A stretch of DNA of 64,000 nt from Lama glama (GCA_028534125.1 CM052818.1:24678001-24742000), one strand, 5' to 3'. Shown: positions 24,009 to 37,167, counted from the first letter of the stretch. The notes: a model not told the origin generated them from the sequence alone. Numbers and translations: made by a program.

Positions 24009-24327
24009 TGAGAAGAGTTTCATTTGTTGACTGAACCCAAAGGAACTTCCCTTCTCTGGTGATGCAATCACATCCACAAGCAATTGCCTCCGAAAAAGCA
24101 ATTCGCAGCTGCCTGCGCCTGGAACGTATGATACCTACAGATTGCTCCACTTTGTCAACCTGGCTGTCTCCATATGAGCCTTAGGAATTAGTTCTGGTCA
24201 CTGTATATGGATTATCTTGTCTGCTTATTCTTTCAGGGAGAAAAATAAAAATAAACTTGATTATATAATAATAAATTCACTTACATAAAAAGTGTGAACA
24301 AAATCACAAGGATAAAAGTTTTAAAAG

Positions 24328-24961
24328 TAACTGGTAGTTTGTATCACTTCATTTCTTTCAACTGTCTTGCCCATCCCCTGAGCCTGCTCCCCTCTGGCAA
24401 CCATGAGTTTGTTCTCTCTTATCTGTGAGTCTGTTTCTGTCTTGTTCTATTTGTTCGTTTGTTTTGTTTTTAGATTCCACATATAAGTGAAAATGTGTGG
24501 TCTTCTTCTGTCTGACTGAATTCACTTAGCATAATACCATCTGGGTCCAACTACATTGTTGCAAATGGCAGGATTTCATTCTTTTTTATGGCTGAGTAAT
24601 GTTCCATTGCATGTATATACCTCATCTTTATCCATTTATCTGTCAATGGACACTTAGGCTGCTTCTATATCTTGGCAATTGTAAATGATGCTTCAATAAG
24701 CATTGGGGTGCATATATCTTTTCAAATTAGTGTTTTTGTTTTCTTCAGATAAATATCCAGAAGTGCAGTTGCTGGATCTTATGGTAGTTCTATTTTTAAT
24801 TTTTTGAGGAGCCTTTATACAGTTTTCCACAATGGCTGTAGGGAATATGGTCAATAATACTGAAATAATTTTGTATGGTGTATAACGTATATAAACATTG
24901 AATCACTATGGCATATATCTGAAGTTAATATTTTAAGCAACTGTACTTTAAAAAAAAAAAA
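24328..24961. mobile_element. L1 3' end with 5' inversion (minus 24328-24840, plus 24841-24961)
   Basis: A minus-strand L1 ORF2-end/3' UTR segment directly abuts a plus-strand terminal segment gggaatatggtcaataat...gtactttaaaaaaaaaaaa. Confidence 0.85.
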
Positions 24962-25908
24962 GCAAATAAGCTGAGGAAATATGTTCCAGAAGGGTGATTA
25001 GAGGATAGTGTCCTTTTATTAAAAGACCAAAAGATTTGTACTAATCAGGAAGAAAAAAATGCACAAAATGGCTAACAGAAATACACTAAGTAAACAAGTT
25101 AACATTCAAAAATCAAAAACAAGTTTTTTAATAGAATATTCAAAGCTGGCAAGCATACAGTGAAAAAGACACTCTTAAAAACTGATGAGAATGTATCTGC
25201 TCTTAGCTTTAAACTTGCTTGGACCTCTGCCCTCCGTGCCACCTGACTGCACGATTCCCTCCTTGGCTTTACTGACTTCAGTGTCTCAAATCTGTGCTAA
25301 CTTGGCTATGTTTTGTGAACAGAGCTCCCTCGCCTGGAGCTGGAGCCAATGCCATGATCGGCTGGAATTAGCCGTGCACTGCGCCTCCCCCTTACCAATT
25401 ACTGGCCATGCTCTCCAAATGGAGGCCTGACCCTTGGTGTACCAGGAAGAGCGGGGCCTCTTTATCCACATTTCCTTTCCCCCTTCTTTAACCTTGGCTC
25501 ACTCTCTCCCTATCACCTGAAAACACTCTTCCTCCATCATCTTTACCCATTGATAATCCAATCAATTTTCCAGTAAAATGACAAAATAAACCAAAAGAAC
25601 CCACCTGAGCTCTTTCCCCTCTGATGGTTTATGGCTCCTTGTTTCCACAATTAGTGTACATAATACTTTTATCTACAGGCCATTTCTCTCTTCTCATCTC
25701 AAATCAGACATGACTTCCCTGACTCCCCTCAAACCTACCCCCACTCAAAGCTATGCTATGTCCTTCCGTTCGACTCCATGGGACTCTAGGCTGACCCCTC
25801 CCATTGCACACCGTATTTATAGAATTATCTGTTAACTGTTCATCTAAACAATAAACCCCACCAATTTTTTTTAGCTCCCTAAAGACAGGAATTGTCTTGA
25901 CCACTGTT

Positions 25909-26560
25909 TGTAGTCATCACTGGCTTCCTCCCAAGCCATTGCCAACCCTCTCTCCCTTGCCACATCTCCCAGTAAAAATAAAAAGTCAAACACCTGTGTT
26001 GCCAGCCTTCCTAGCAGCAAGGAGTTTTGGTCCATGAGACATGAAAGTCTGCTATGAGGATTTCTACTAAAAAAACAATATTCTTCAGTGTCCTAGCCCT
26101 TTTCCTTTACCTGCTATTCCCACCTTGAGTGGCATCATAATAGCTGGAGGACAGTAGTCATCCTGAAACCACAAGGAGAAAACCAAGAAAATTTCAGGGA
26201 AGGTGGCACGACCATGACCGAGCCTCTAACTCCCAGGAGCGGCTACCTAGTGGCACCTTATTACCTGAGAACACTAAAGGCTTATCTGTTTAAACCAGCA
26301 AACTATGGCTCTGGGCCAAATCTTGCCCACTTCCTGTTTTTGTAAATAATTGTTTATTGAAATATAGCCATGCCCATTCATCTCCATATTGTCTACTGCT
26401 GCTCCTACAATGGCTGAATTGAGTAGCTGCAATAAAGCCCATATGGAAAAGCCTTAAATATTTAATATCTGGTCCTTGGCAGAAAGTATGTCGACCCCTA
26501 ATTTAATCACCTGTTGGTTAGGTTCCCCGTTGATTACAGCCATGTGACTTTTTGATGAAT
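25909..26560 (+). mobile_element. MLT1 (MaLR) LTR inserted in an L2 3' end
   Basis: tgtagtc...ccagccttcctagcagc...tttggtccatgagacatg...gctggaggacagtagtcatcctg. The L2 tail (ctccctaaagacagg / gtgctcaataaatg...gatgaatg) flanks both sides. Confidence 0.6.
26296..26499 (+). mobile_element. MER58A hAT-Charlie MITE
   Basis: gcaaactatggc...gggccaaatc...tgtttttgtaaataa...agccatgcccattcat...tatctggtcctt...gtcgacccct. Confidence 0.88.
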
Positions 26561-27782
26561 GTAGTATCTCCAATATCTAATACAGGACCCATCCTGCAGA
26601 ACGTGCTCAATAAATGCGTATCTGATGAATGCAAGTCAGTCATCTGAGGTCACTGACAATTTCTCCATTAAAAAAAAAAATCTCTCCCAGCGCCAAGCAG
26701 TGCCTTACATAGTAGACACTTAATAAGTGTATATAGATTCTTACCTAGTGTGGCTACAAAAAAAAAAAAAACTCTCAAAACAATTAGAGGAAAATTAAAT
26801 ACTAAACTGTGTGGGCTTAAGGGTAACAGTTCTCAGAATACTGAGCTATCTGTGTGGGCTGGTGCAGTAAAATTAATTTTCATGGTGCAGCTGAGAATTT
26901 TAACAATTTTATGCCCTTTTCTTGGTGGAATTGCATTCAAATAACTCACAGCATTTGACCAATGAAGAAGGGCTTTTAGAGGCATATTAATCCAGGATGA
27001 TTTAGAAAAACTTTCCTAGGACTGCTGGTCCTAAGGATTTGACAAAGACTCTGGCAACTTAAGACAGTAGTTGTTTAACTGAGAAGAACTTACAGAAGAG
27101 GTGCTGGCAAGATAGGAATTCCAGAGGGGAGAGGGGAGGGACTGGCACAATATAAAGCACAAAGGTAGAAAAGACCATGGCACACATGATGTGGAGCGAT
27201 ATTTAATTTCTCCATTTGTTCTGCAGTGTTGTTTTCCTTCTAAGTAAAAACAAACATTGAATTCAGGATATTAATGGAGACTCTCACATGATAAAATTAT
27301 TCCTGGTCTCACAACTAATGGTCTGGTCTTCTGAAGTCATCAATGACTTTAAATCACAATAAATAAAGGAACTATACTTTTACCTTAGGCTGACCTGCGT
27401 GTAGGACAGTTTATAGTGTATATCTTTAAACACTCAGTTAAGTCCATCAATAATCCAACACTCTTTTGCATTTTAAAGTGATTTTTATCATAGAGAGAAT
27501 GTGTTCAAATAAAGGTTCTACTTTTGATGTACCAATTCTGCCTATCTCAAGGACACTGGAGGTCTGATATTAAAGAGACTGTGTAACCACTGAACAATCC
27601 TTACCAAATTTTGCCTGCAAAGCTGCCAGAAATCTGAACTAAGAACCTCCTAACTCCCGATGAAAAAAGCAAATGAAAAGCACTTTGAGGAATGTAAAAG
27701 TGGTTTTGCCAGGGTTGAGAGAGAAATGGAAATGAAGGAAACCTTAACTTGAACTTAGCCAAAGTCAAAACTTAACAAAATC

Positions 27783-27946
27783 TACTGTACAGCACAGGGA
27801 ACTATATTCGACTTCTTGTAACAACATACAATGTAAAGGAACCTGAAAAAAAATATGTATGTATATGTGTAACTGAATCACTTTGCTGTACATCTGAAGC
27901 TAACACTGTAAATCAACCACACGTCAATAAAGAAAAAAATTTTAAA
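27783..27946 (+). mobile_element. Short 5'-truncated L1 3' end
   Basis: tactgtacagcacagggaactatatt...aactgaatcactttgctgtaca. Perfect 10-bp TSD taacaaaatc at 27773-27782 and 27947-27956. Confidence 0.92.
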
Positions 27947-29289
27947 TAACAAAATCATAATGGAGCCACCAAAAGTTGAAATATGTCAATGAGTCAGGGG
28001 ACCACAGTAGGGATCACAGAGCATATAACGAGATGAAATGGAAGGACGAGGAGCAGGCACGTAAAACCCACGTCCTGCCCTTCTACAGCCTTGAGCTTGA
28101 CCTAAACCCCACCCTTGCTTGGTCAGCTGGAGCCCCAGAGGGAAGACAAAAGACTCAGTGAGGCTATTTCTCTAATATTTAGAATCCTCAAATCATGAGA
28201 GGGCCCATTTATAGGACTTCTCAACTTTATTCTCCTTTCTTGAAAGAATTTCATTCATACAGGACATACAGCATTGGCCAGTAAAGGGCTTGTAAAAGTA
28301 TACTGACCCATGATGATTCAAAAATAAAAAAGTCTCCAAGGATTTCTGATTCTAAGAATTTGACAAGGAGCACATTTCATCTAGAGACTCTGACACCTGG
28401 GGGCGCTGAAGAGCTCTTTGCTCTGTGGATATTCTGGGTTTTGCCACTGCACCCTTTCTTCCACTTCCTCAGGCTAGTAAGAGAGATGAAAAGAATATTA
28501 TACTAAATTCAAAACCTGAATTCTGGCCAAGGATCTGCCACTATGTGGACTATGCCTTCAGTCAAGTCACTTAAGCTTTCTGTGTCTTAATTATGTCTTT
28601 TGTAAAACAACAGTTTAGAGCTCAGAAGTCCTTTCCAGCAATATGAGCCCTAATAGTAAATCCCAGATCATGCAGTGATTGTCATTCTGGATTGTAACTG
28701 CTCCAACATCACTCTGAGCTGCTGTAGAAACAATTTTAAAGAGAGTACATTTGGGAAGGTGACAGAATCTAACAGAAGACGTGAGTATTTGGGAGTCAGA
28801 TACTTAAACAGGCAGAAATAAAAGAGCTACTCTACGTAAATACAATTTCTGTGACCTTGGGCTGGTCACACCACCTCTTTGAGCCTCATTTCATTATAAG
28901 GATACTGTGAGAATTACGTGAAGGAACATACATAAAACATGTGGCCAGGTGCCTGATAAATGCCAGGAACTTAATTAATATTAGTTCCACACCCTCTCTA
29001 CCCCCACTGATTAAAGATGAGGGAGAGAGGGAAGAGATAGGCAACGGCTGAAAATTACACAGGGCTTGCTCAAGCGTAGCTGGGAGTAGGGTGAATAAAC
29101 AGAAGTAGAGATTTGGTAGAATAAAATGATCTAAAGGTAGAGAGTTCAGATTTAGGAATATCGCTTTGAGATGAAAGCTACACAACCTGGAGAAAACGTC
29201 CAATAGGCACTTGAGAATGTAGAAAATAAGGCTTATGAGAAATCCAAGAGGAGGTAAAGATTTGAGCGTCTTTCATCGTTAATACTCTA

Positions 29290-29595
29290 CAGCAAACGTT
29301 TCCAAAAGTTGACTGCAAGCCATTTCAAGAAATACATTTGACATTTCTAACTAGCACTTGTTAAAGTATGTATGTGTGCGTGCGCACATATGTGCACACT
29401 TATGTGTCCAGGTATATAACAAATGCTTCATTTAAAAGTTTGTACCCTTACTGCCTGATACAGTTGAGTGTTTTCTTTTGTATTCTAGTATATTCTACAT
29501 TTTCTGTTTCATTAAGGGAAAAAAAACCCTAGTGACAACTCTAAATTGATGCCATGGCTCAATAATGGCTGTTGCCTACAGTTTGAAAGACATTA
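29290..29595. mobile_element. hAT-Charlie (Charlie4-like) fragment
   Basis: ctaaattgatgccatggctcaataatggctgttgcctacagtttgaaagacatt resembles a Charlie4 terminus. Confidence 0.5.
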
Positions 29596-30713
29596 TTTTG
29601 AAGGAAATCGAGTCATAATTTATAGCTATTATCAAAACCATCCAAGTTAAGAACTCAGTAGTAAGACTTTTCAGATTTCTCCACAGAATGAGAAAAATCC
29701 CTGCTTTCCTGGGACAAAACTAACTATGTATGTCTATTAATTTACTGGCTGATTTAGCACTGTGCCCCTGAATAACAACTAATGTGAATTTTAGCAGTTT
29801 TACACTGGTTCTCCAGATTTGGGCCTTTGATCCCCTCACCAACCCGAACAAGAATTCACATTGGTTGGTTTGATTCATGAAGAAACCAAGGTTCTCAAGT
29901 CGTACAGCTGTGAGTGAGTCTGGATTTTCTGATTCTGGAGGTTTACTTCACAAGTAAACCTGTACAGCTAACTTTGTTCAAAGCACCATTCAAAACAGCA
30001 GGCAAAATATTCTTACTCAAATCAATTGACTGCTGCTCAATACAGCAATCGTTCTACAAGCTTCACCCAAAACACAGTGCCATGTGGACTTGTGTCTCCC
30101 TCCAACAGTGTCCCCAGGTTGACGTACTACTTCCATCAGTGTCACAGCAAGGATCTGGGCATCCGTCCTCCTTCTGCAGCTAGGCTTCAGTGTTCTGCTG
30201 TTTCCACACAACAAGATGAGAAGGGATCATAATTGAGATTATTACCCTTCTCTCCCTAATGAGTTGCTTCTATTAAACCAAGTCCTTAGCTAGTCTCAAT
30301 AAAAGAAGAGGTAATTTCCTGGTACTGGCTCTTTTTATGACTTCTTATAAATGACTCCATGGGGGAAAACAATGCCTTTTCTCCCAACTCTTTGCCCTGT
30401 AACAACGTTCTGCCCAATGGAAAAATTAAAATGGGGAGCATTATATACGTTGTTTGCCTAGATCTCTTCTGATCTCTGCTCTCCCCTTTCATATGCTTTG
30501 AATAAAATTAAGCTAAGACACCAAATAATCTCATTTTCAAATGGTTTTCCTCTTTAAGACCTACTCTAAATGCATCTTCTTTGCAAAGATTTCCCTGGTC
30601 ATTAACTAATGACTTCTAATGCTCCATAACACGGTCCATGCATCTCTATTCCACCTGTATCATTCTGCTTTTATTATTTAAAGTTTGTTTTTCAGTTTAT
30701 TTAGTAAAATAGT

Positions 30714-30810
30714 GGGGAGGGGAATAGCTCAGTGGTAGAGCATATACTTAGCATATACAAGGTCCTAGGTTTAACACCTAGTACGTACCTCCATTAAAAA
30801 AAAAGAAATA
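30714..30810 (+). mobile_element. Camelid Vic-1-type SINE (short form)
   Basis: ggggaggggaatagctcagtggtagagcatatacttagcatatacaaggtcctaggttt...acctccattaaaaaaaaa. Confidence 0.9.
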
Positions 30811-31699
30811 TTTCTTAGTTTAAAATTATTTAAACATCATAATAAAAGTGGTATTTTATAGTATTTATTATCTTGCTTATATATTTTTTTATTGGTTTAC
30901 AACCAGACTCCTTCGAAAGTCTCAGTTTCATTTATGACTTGATCTCCATACCTTATGCATAGGAGGTCTTCAATAGATAGTGGGATTAAATGATCCCTAA
31001 GTTAGAAATCAATGAAGTTTTGCAACATCTTGTATTAATCAATATAAACAGTTTTTATACTGATAGTTTCCTCTCAGGGAAAGGAAATCCTAATTAAAAC
31101 CAAGGGTAGAGGGAAGCCCTCTATGGAATACAGAGTAAGGAAGAAAAAGGCAGAGTCTACCATGGGGAATCCCTGTAATTAAGCAGCTGAGAAGGTGAAT
31201 GGGAACTAAAAAGAAAAAAATACAGAAATGAATGAAAAGGTATAAAATTTTGAGCTAAGAGTCGGAGGGAACGACCTAGCACTGACTGTAAACCCAGTAC
31301 ACACACGATATATATAGTGCTGTGTCCAGTTCTTATAACAGCTCAACAAAAGGGTGATCTGTCTTATAGATAGGGAAACTGAGGCTCAGAGAATTTAAGC
31401 AGTTTGCAAAGGTTATATCCAACAGGTGCCTGAATCGGGATTTAAATTTGGGTCTATGTGATACAGATCCACTCTTCTTTCCCCATACGTGACTGCCTGT
31501 CTAAAATGCTGGGGTTTTTTTTTCCTATTTCAATTGCTAGGATATATAAACACAGAGACAGCGATAAGGTATTAGAATTCCCACCTCTGAGCTCTTATTA
31601 TTTCTGCCTGTGTCTTACTACTTCCCCAGGTAACATATGCCCCAAATTATAATAATGGGGCTGGCTTTGTCTGCTTTTCCACTGACACTTGACCATAAC

Positions 31700-32066
31700 C
31701 CACTAGACACTGGAGGAGTTTCTATCAAGGAACAGTCAGAGCTGTTGGCCTTTAACCACAGGGGTCTCAGGACAAGCATCTTTAGGCTCTAACACAGAAA
31801 CAGCCAGACTGAGGGCCCCAAAGGGGACAGGAAGCCCATCTGTAGGTAACTCAACTACACACCCCATTGGTTCCGGGGCGGGGAAGTCATCATGGTTTTG
31901 CATCAATCTAGAATCTCTTTTTCCTCGTTCGCACTGATTATAAGAGTTGGAGTATCTGTCAAATGTTTAACAGACTAACAAACAGAACGGGCCCCTTAAA
32001 AGGCTAGTTAACCCAGGCCCTTGAGACCTGCTTAAAGGCCAAACCTGTCTTTGGCCAGATGCAACA
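31700..32066 (-). mobile_element. Possible ancient solo LTR (family unassigned)
   Basis: The minus strand starts TGTTGCA..., is moderately GC-rich and contains GC-box and CCAAT motifs. The other end was not located. Confidence 0.3.
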
Positions 32067-32075
32067 ATAATCAAG

Positions 32076-32570
32076 GTCACAGAAACAGAATAGAACAGTG
32101 GTTCCCCGGGGGCTGGGGGGAAGGAGAAATGGGGAGCTGCTGTTCAACAGGTATAAAGTGCAAATTCTAGAGTCCTGCTCTACAGCTATAGATAATAACA
32201 CTGTATTGTGAACTTAAAACTGTGTTAAGAGGGTATATTTTCAGGAGTTCTCACTACGAGGGAGGGAGGGAGAACTTGTATGTGGTGGGGGATAGGGAGA
32301 AAAAAACAAATTTCACTGGTGGTTGCCAGAGTGAAGGGGGCGCAAAATAGGTGAAGGGGATTAAGAAGTACAAACTTTCAATTAAAAAATAAATGTCCTG
32401 GGGGTATAATATACAGCACAAGGAATGTGGTCGATAACACTAATAATTTTGTATGGTGGCAGATGGTTACTAGACTTACCCTGGTGATCATTTCATAAAG
32501 TTTGTTAGCTGTCGAACCACTGTGTTGTACACCTGAAACTAACACTGTAGTCAACAATACTTCTCAAAAC
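32076..32570 (+). mobile_element. Two adjacent L1 3' UTR fragments (L1MB-like, then L1MA9/artiodactyl-like)
   Basis: cacagaaacagaatagaacagtggtt...ggggagctgctgttcaacagg, then ggtggttgccagag...gtacaaactt...gtacacctgaaactaa. Confidence 0.8.
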
Positions 32571-32822
32571 AATCTGTCGCGATTCAGGACACCAGTTTTA
32601 CATGGAGCCTGTCATTAGCTTCTGATATAAGGTTCTTGTATTTATTCACACAAATGAGCAGATCCAGGTGTGTTTTCTTATTTTCTTTTTACCTGTATGA
32701 AGGGTCCTTTATTACACTTTCTACACATTACTTTCTTCACTTAACCAGTACACCCTGGAATATCCCTCTGTATCAGTTCACAGAGGTTTTCCCCATTCTT
32801 CTGACAGCTGCACAGGACTCCA

Positions 32823-32952
32823 TCAGTGACATTACATTGGTAACTTCAAATCAGCTATCAGAGGATTTGCATCACATAAATGAGTAAATCCTATAAATCA
32901 GGGTTCTTCCCCCTAGAGAGCTGCTTGTTAAATATTTACCATCATACCACTG
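32823..32952 (+). mobile_element. MER63-like hAT fragment
   Basis: cagtgacattacattggtaacttcaaatcagc...aaatcaggg...gagagctgcttgttaaatatttaccatcataccactg. Confidence 0.75.
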
Positions 32953-33326
32953 AATTTACTCTATTTTTGTATGTGTAATAGTAATACATAACCAAATTGT
33001 GTGAATGTTGCATAAACTACAGAAGAAAGTTTTCTATTGTCAGGGAATAGAGTGATATCTATTCATAAAAACATAACTGATGCAGATCTTAAGTTTTTCA
33101 TCTTATTATTTGTCCTTCATCTTTCCTGTAGTAAGAGCACTATGCGAACATCTCCTTTTATTACTGTGGTTCCTTCTGCTGGCATCTCCTATAGATTGCT
33201 TTTATAAAGGAGATCGCTATATTTTTATAAAGGTGACTGCTATGTTATGTGATGCATAAATATTCATAAGGATATACTCTATTGTGAATCTTGACTTTCC
33301 CATCAGAAAGTACCCTTCTTAAGTAC

Positions 33327-33810
33327 ATAATTCGTACACTGATGTTTACAGCAGCATCATTCACAATAGTTAAAAGGTAGAAGCAACCCAAGTGTCCCTC
33401 AAAGGATGAACAGATACACAAAATGTAGCCTATACATACAGTGAAATATTTTTTCAGCCTTAAAAAGAAAGGAAATTCTGACACATACTGAAACATGAAC
33501 ATTATGCTAAATAAAATAAGCCAATCATAAACTGACAAATACTGTATGGTTCCACTTACATGAGATACTCAGAGTAGTCAACTTCATAGAGACAGAAAGT
33601 AGGCTACTGCCAGGGGCCGGGAAGCGGAGTTATGGTTTAATGGCTATAGAGTTTCAGTTTTGCTACATGAAAACTTTCTGGAAATAAAAGGTGGTGATGG
33701 TACCACAACAAAATCAATGTACTTAATACCACTGATTTGTGCCCTTAAATATAGTTAAAATGGTAAATTTTATGTTCTGTGTATTTTAACACAGTAAAAA
33801 AAAGAAAAAA
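33327..33810 (+). mobile_element. L1MB-like 3' end, inside an older minus-strand L1/HAL1 remnant (~33080-34620)
   Basis: atgtttacagcagcatcattcacaatag...gaaggaaattctgacacat...aatggtaaattttatgtt...aacacagtaaaaaaaa. Confidence 0.88.
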
Positions 33811-35639
33811 CTGGGGGAGGGGCGAGTGTGCTTCTTTGACATGGTTACGCTTTTCTGGCTTGAATTCTATCTTGTCTAGTATCAAGAGTCATCCCCACCT
33901 TCCTTATTTTTCTATTTGCCTACTATACCTTTGTTCATCCTTTTTTTTCCCCCAGCTTTTAAAATTAGTTTCAGGTGCATCTCCTATATACAGCATATTT
34001 ACAGCTAGTTCATGGTTTATGAGTCACATTGAGTATCTTTTTCCTTTTAGTACATGAGTTAAACCTACTCACATTTATTGATACAACTGGTGTGTTTGGT
34101 TTCAACCATGGGAAAATTTTTAAATTACACATATTTTGTAATACTTGCCCTGTTTCTTTTTCTATGGTATATTCTTTGCTCTTCAATTTGAAACAATTTT
34201 TGGTCATTAGAAGTATTTGCGTTTTTGTGCTGGTGATTACAATTGTGCTTATCCTTTTTCACTGCTTCTAATCTCCTGGGGTTGGTTGGTTCTCGCCTTT
34301 GATTGTCTGGTTTCTCAGGTTTTGTTACTGTGTTTTAACTCCCATCTACCGCTTATCCAACAGCCAATAAGCTTGTTCTGTTTTCTTCTTCACTCTCCCT
34401 TTCCCTCCCACTTTTCAGTCATTACTTCTACTTTGTCACAACATAACATTTGTACTTTAGACTTCCACCCTCATGCTCACCTTCTTTTAATCCCTGTATC
34501 TACATTTTCATATGGCCACTGAAGTTTTCACCTGAGTTTTAGGATTTTCAGCAAAATCTTTGGGTTGAAATTTTCTCAGTCATTTCTTGGCTGGATAAAG
34601 TTTATCCTCTGACAAAATTAATCAAATAAATACATCTTCAACCTATTTTGCTGGATAAATGTTATTCTAAAACTACGTTGCTATTTTCTTTTCCTTGAAC
34701 TAAGTTAGTGGCAAAATACCAACTCTGTCTCTACTTTCCACCTATCTCTGACAGAAAAAAAAATTCTTAAGTCCATCTCTCACACTGAGTAACCCATCTG
34801 GAAACAATGTCATTAAAAGCAACAAAAAAAGTACCACATGTCAAAAAAAAAAGTCTTTTCAAAGTTCTTTTAATAACATTCCCACTGGAATATTTAGATA
34901 CAACCAGCATTTAGTTCAATCTTTACTGAAACATACAACCTTAATAATGATATTCACTGCAGGCATCATCCCTGGTCAATTGCAGTTCTATTTATTCATT
35001 TGGTGCCTTAGCATTTAGATGAACCATCTAACCAAAATATCCCAAGAAAAAGAATGGAGTAAGAACAATTACAAAGCAAGAGTAGCTCACATTTAGCAGG
35101 GGTAGCAAGCTAATCTGCATGTGCAAATATCCTGAGGTGCAGACCCCAGTGGCCTTTACTACCTGTTTCATTTTATTGTTCTTTGATTTCTGCATGTTTA
35201 TTAATTTTCTTCAATTAGATGTCATAGAATGTTTTTCTCACTTAGGTGTCAATATTCACACACGTATATACACTAATTTCAACTCGGAGATGCCCAAGAG
35301 CCTTGGAAATACACATGGAGTATATAATTATAGGACACTGGGACATGATAGAGGGGATATTTCTGTCCCTGGTAGTCCTGAGGTCTTAGATTAAATTCCT
35401 AAGTGGGTCTTCAATATGCACATTAGCTCATGAGGAAAACCTCCCATACTTAACTGTAAATAAAAACGTCATGCAAGTTTAGAAGAACTTTTTGCAGTTC
35501 TGGGTCCATTTCATTAGCCTGAAGGGGAACTTTTAAGAAGGAGCAGTTCTCTGACCTTATTTTCTCAGTAGCCTTGCACATCCTTCGTTTTCCTCCTCAC
35601 CAGCGATCCTCTCACACAGAAACTATAAATGCACCTTCC

Positions 35640-36520
35640 TCAAGCCCACTTGCTTAGGTGCTTGACAGCTTGACTCAGCGCTCAAGGGAGATGCACTTTT
35701 GATTCACGTGTGCCTAAATCACGTGCTTTAAGACATCATGTTTCTCAAGGATATACCACTTGGAGTCCAAGTGAAGGCAAGGAATATTTCATGCAGCTTG
35801 AGAGAACTAAAATTCTCTTTGGGAGAAAGGAGAAAAAAGTCTGGCCACTACAGAATGTCGTTCTACAATGAGAGGGACTAGACAAATAGCCTCGGGGACA
35901 GAACATGATCTTCTGCAAAGAGGCATCTGAAACTGAGATGTGCGTGAGCCGGTAGGTTCACTGCTAATCTCATTCACTGAAATAAGGAAAGAAAGTGAAA
36001 ACCTTAAAGGCAGAACACATCCCCTTGCCATTATGCCTCCAAGAATTTCAAGGACAGATGTGTGTGAACTTAAGGCTTGACGAGGTGGTTAGTGCACGAA
36101 GAAAATAAGTGACTCATTCTCAATGATTCACTCTCCTTCCCTCTTTACAAAAATTGTAAACCAGCATGTAATTTCAAAGGTTCAAATTATGTGACCAACT
36201 TTCCCACGGCATGTGTTAAGAAATCCCTGTCAAGCAATTAAAACTTTTCTGGGAGGGAGGGCATGATAATCTAGTGCCTTTCTGACACTGATGTGCCGTT
36301 TTCTACAGCAGCTCCACTCTCTTCGTGGATAATCTTGCAGTTTTCTAATAGTATGATTCTTAGCCTTCTTCTCCAGTCTCACGGAAGAGAGGCCACTAAG
36401 CGCACCTAGAGGGAAAATGACGCCTGAATCACCAGCAACAGAAGCACAATGTAGTAGAAAGGACTGATTTTAGGAGCAAAAGGTATATGACGCACAGTGA
36501 GTCAGAGGTTTTTGTCTAAG
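35640..36520. promoter_or_regulatory. Putative enhancer (ARE/AP-1, paired E-boxes, CRE-like half sites)
   Basis: TGACTCAGC 35671, CACGTG 35705 and 35720, TGACTCA 36110, TGACGCA 36488 and TGAGTCA 36498, in sequence with no repeat I recognise. Confidence 0.45.
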
Positions 36521-36767
36521 ATAGGCAGGTTGAAAAGATATCAAAAGGCCTGAGGCTCCCTGGATGTTACATCTAGAAACATCTGTCATGACTCGGTTCT
36601 TCTCTTCAACTTTGCAGGCCGAGGCACTGCAGATTCAGACACGGGCACATTCTTACTGAGAGGTTCACGACAACTAAATTCACACTGAGATTCACTTGTA
36701 AATCAGAAGGCTAGTTCATGAATTCTTGGTGGGGGTGGAGGTTCAAGAGAGAACCTGCAACAAGGAG

Positions 36768-37167
36768 TGTGGGTGGACCTCTGGGGTCGGCCACAGCATC
36801 ATAGCCCAGGCTATGCTCGCACCTGGCAGCCCCTGCCGATTACTGAGCACAGCACTGAGCAGGGATGCGATGGTCTGACCATTCTGCCCAGCACAGACTC
36901 TTTTATGGGCAATGCCCTAGAACTTCCTTTAATTTGGAAAACATTTTCCCAGCATCACACCATCGTCTAAGGCTCTCTACTCACCACCCAGGCTTCCTGC
37001 TTTCCCCCTCCCCCTTCACCAGGGGGAGACCTGGATAGCCCACTGAAGTCTAATCCTGCGTCTCCTGTCTCTCTCTCATTTCTCTCTCATGGACATAGCC
37101 CCAATAATAAATCTCTTTTATTTCTAAATCTTCCGTGGCATCTGCTTCCCAGAGGACTTGACTGTCC
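36768..37167 (+). mobile_element. LTR16-family (ERVL) solo LTR
   Basis: tgtgg...ttccccctcccccttcacc...cccaataataaatctctt...ggcatctgcttcccagaggac is an LTR16C-like 3' end. Confidence 0.7.

Noticed and set aside
35900..35914. GRE/ARE-like AGAACAtgaTCTTCT
   Set aside because: The mismatch hits the conserved G of the second half-site.
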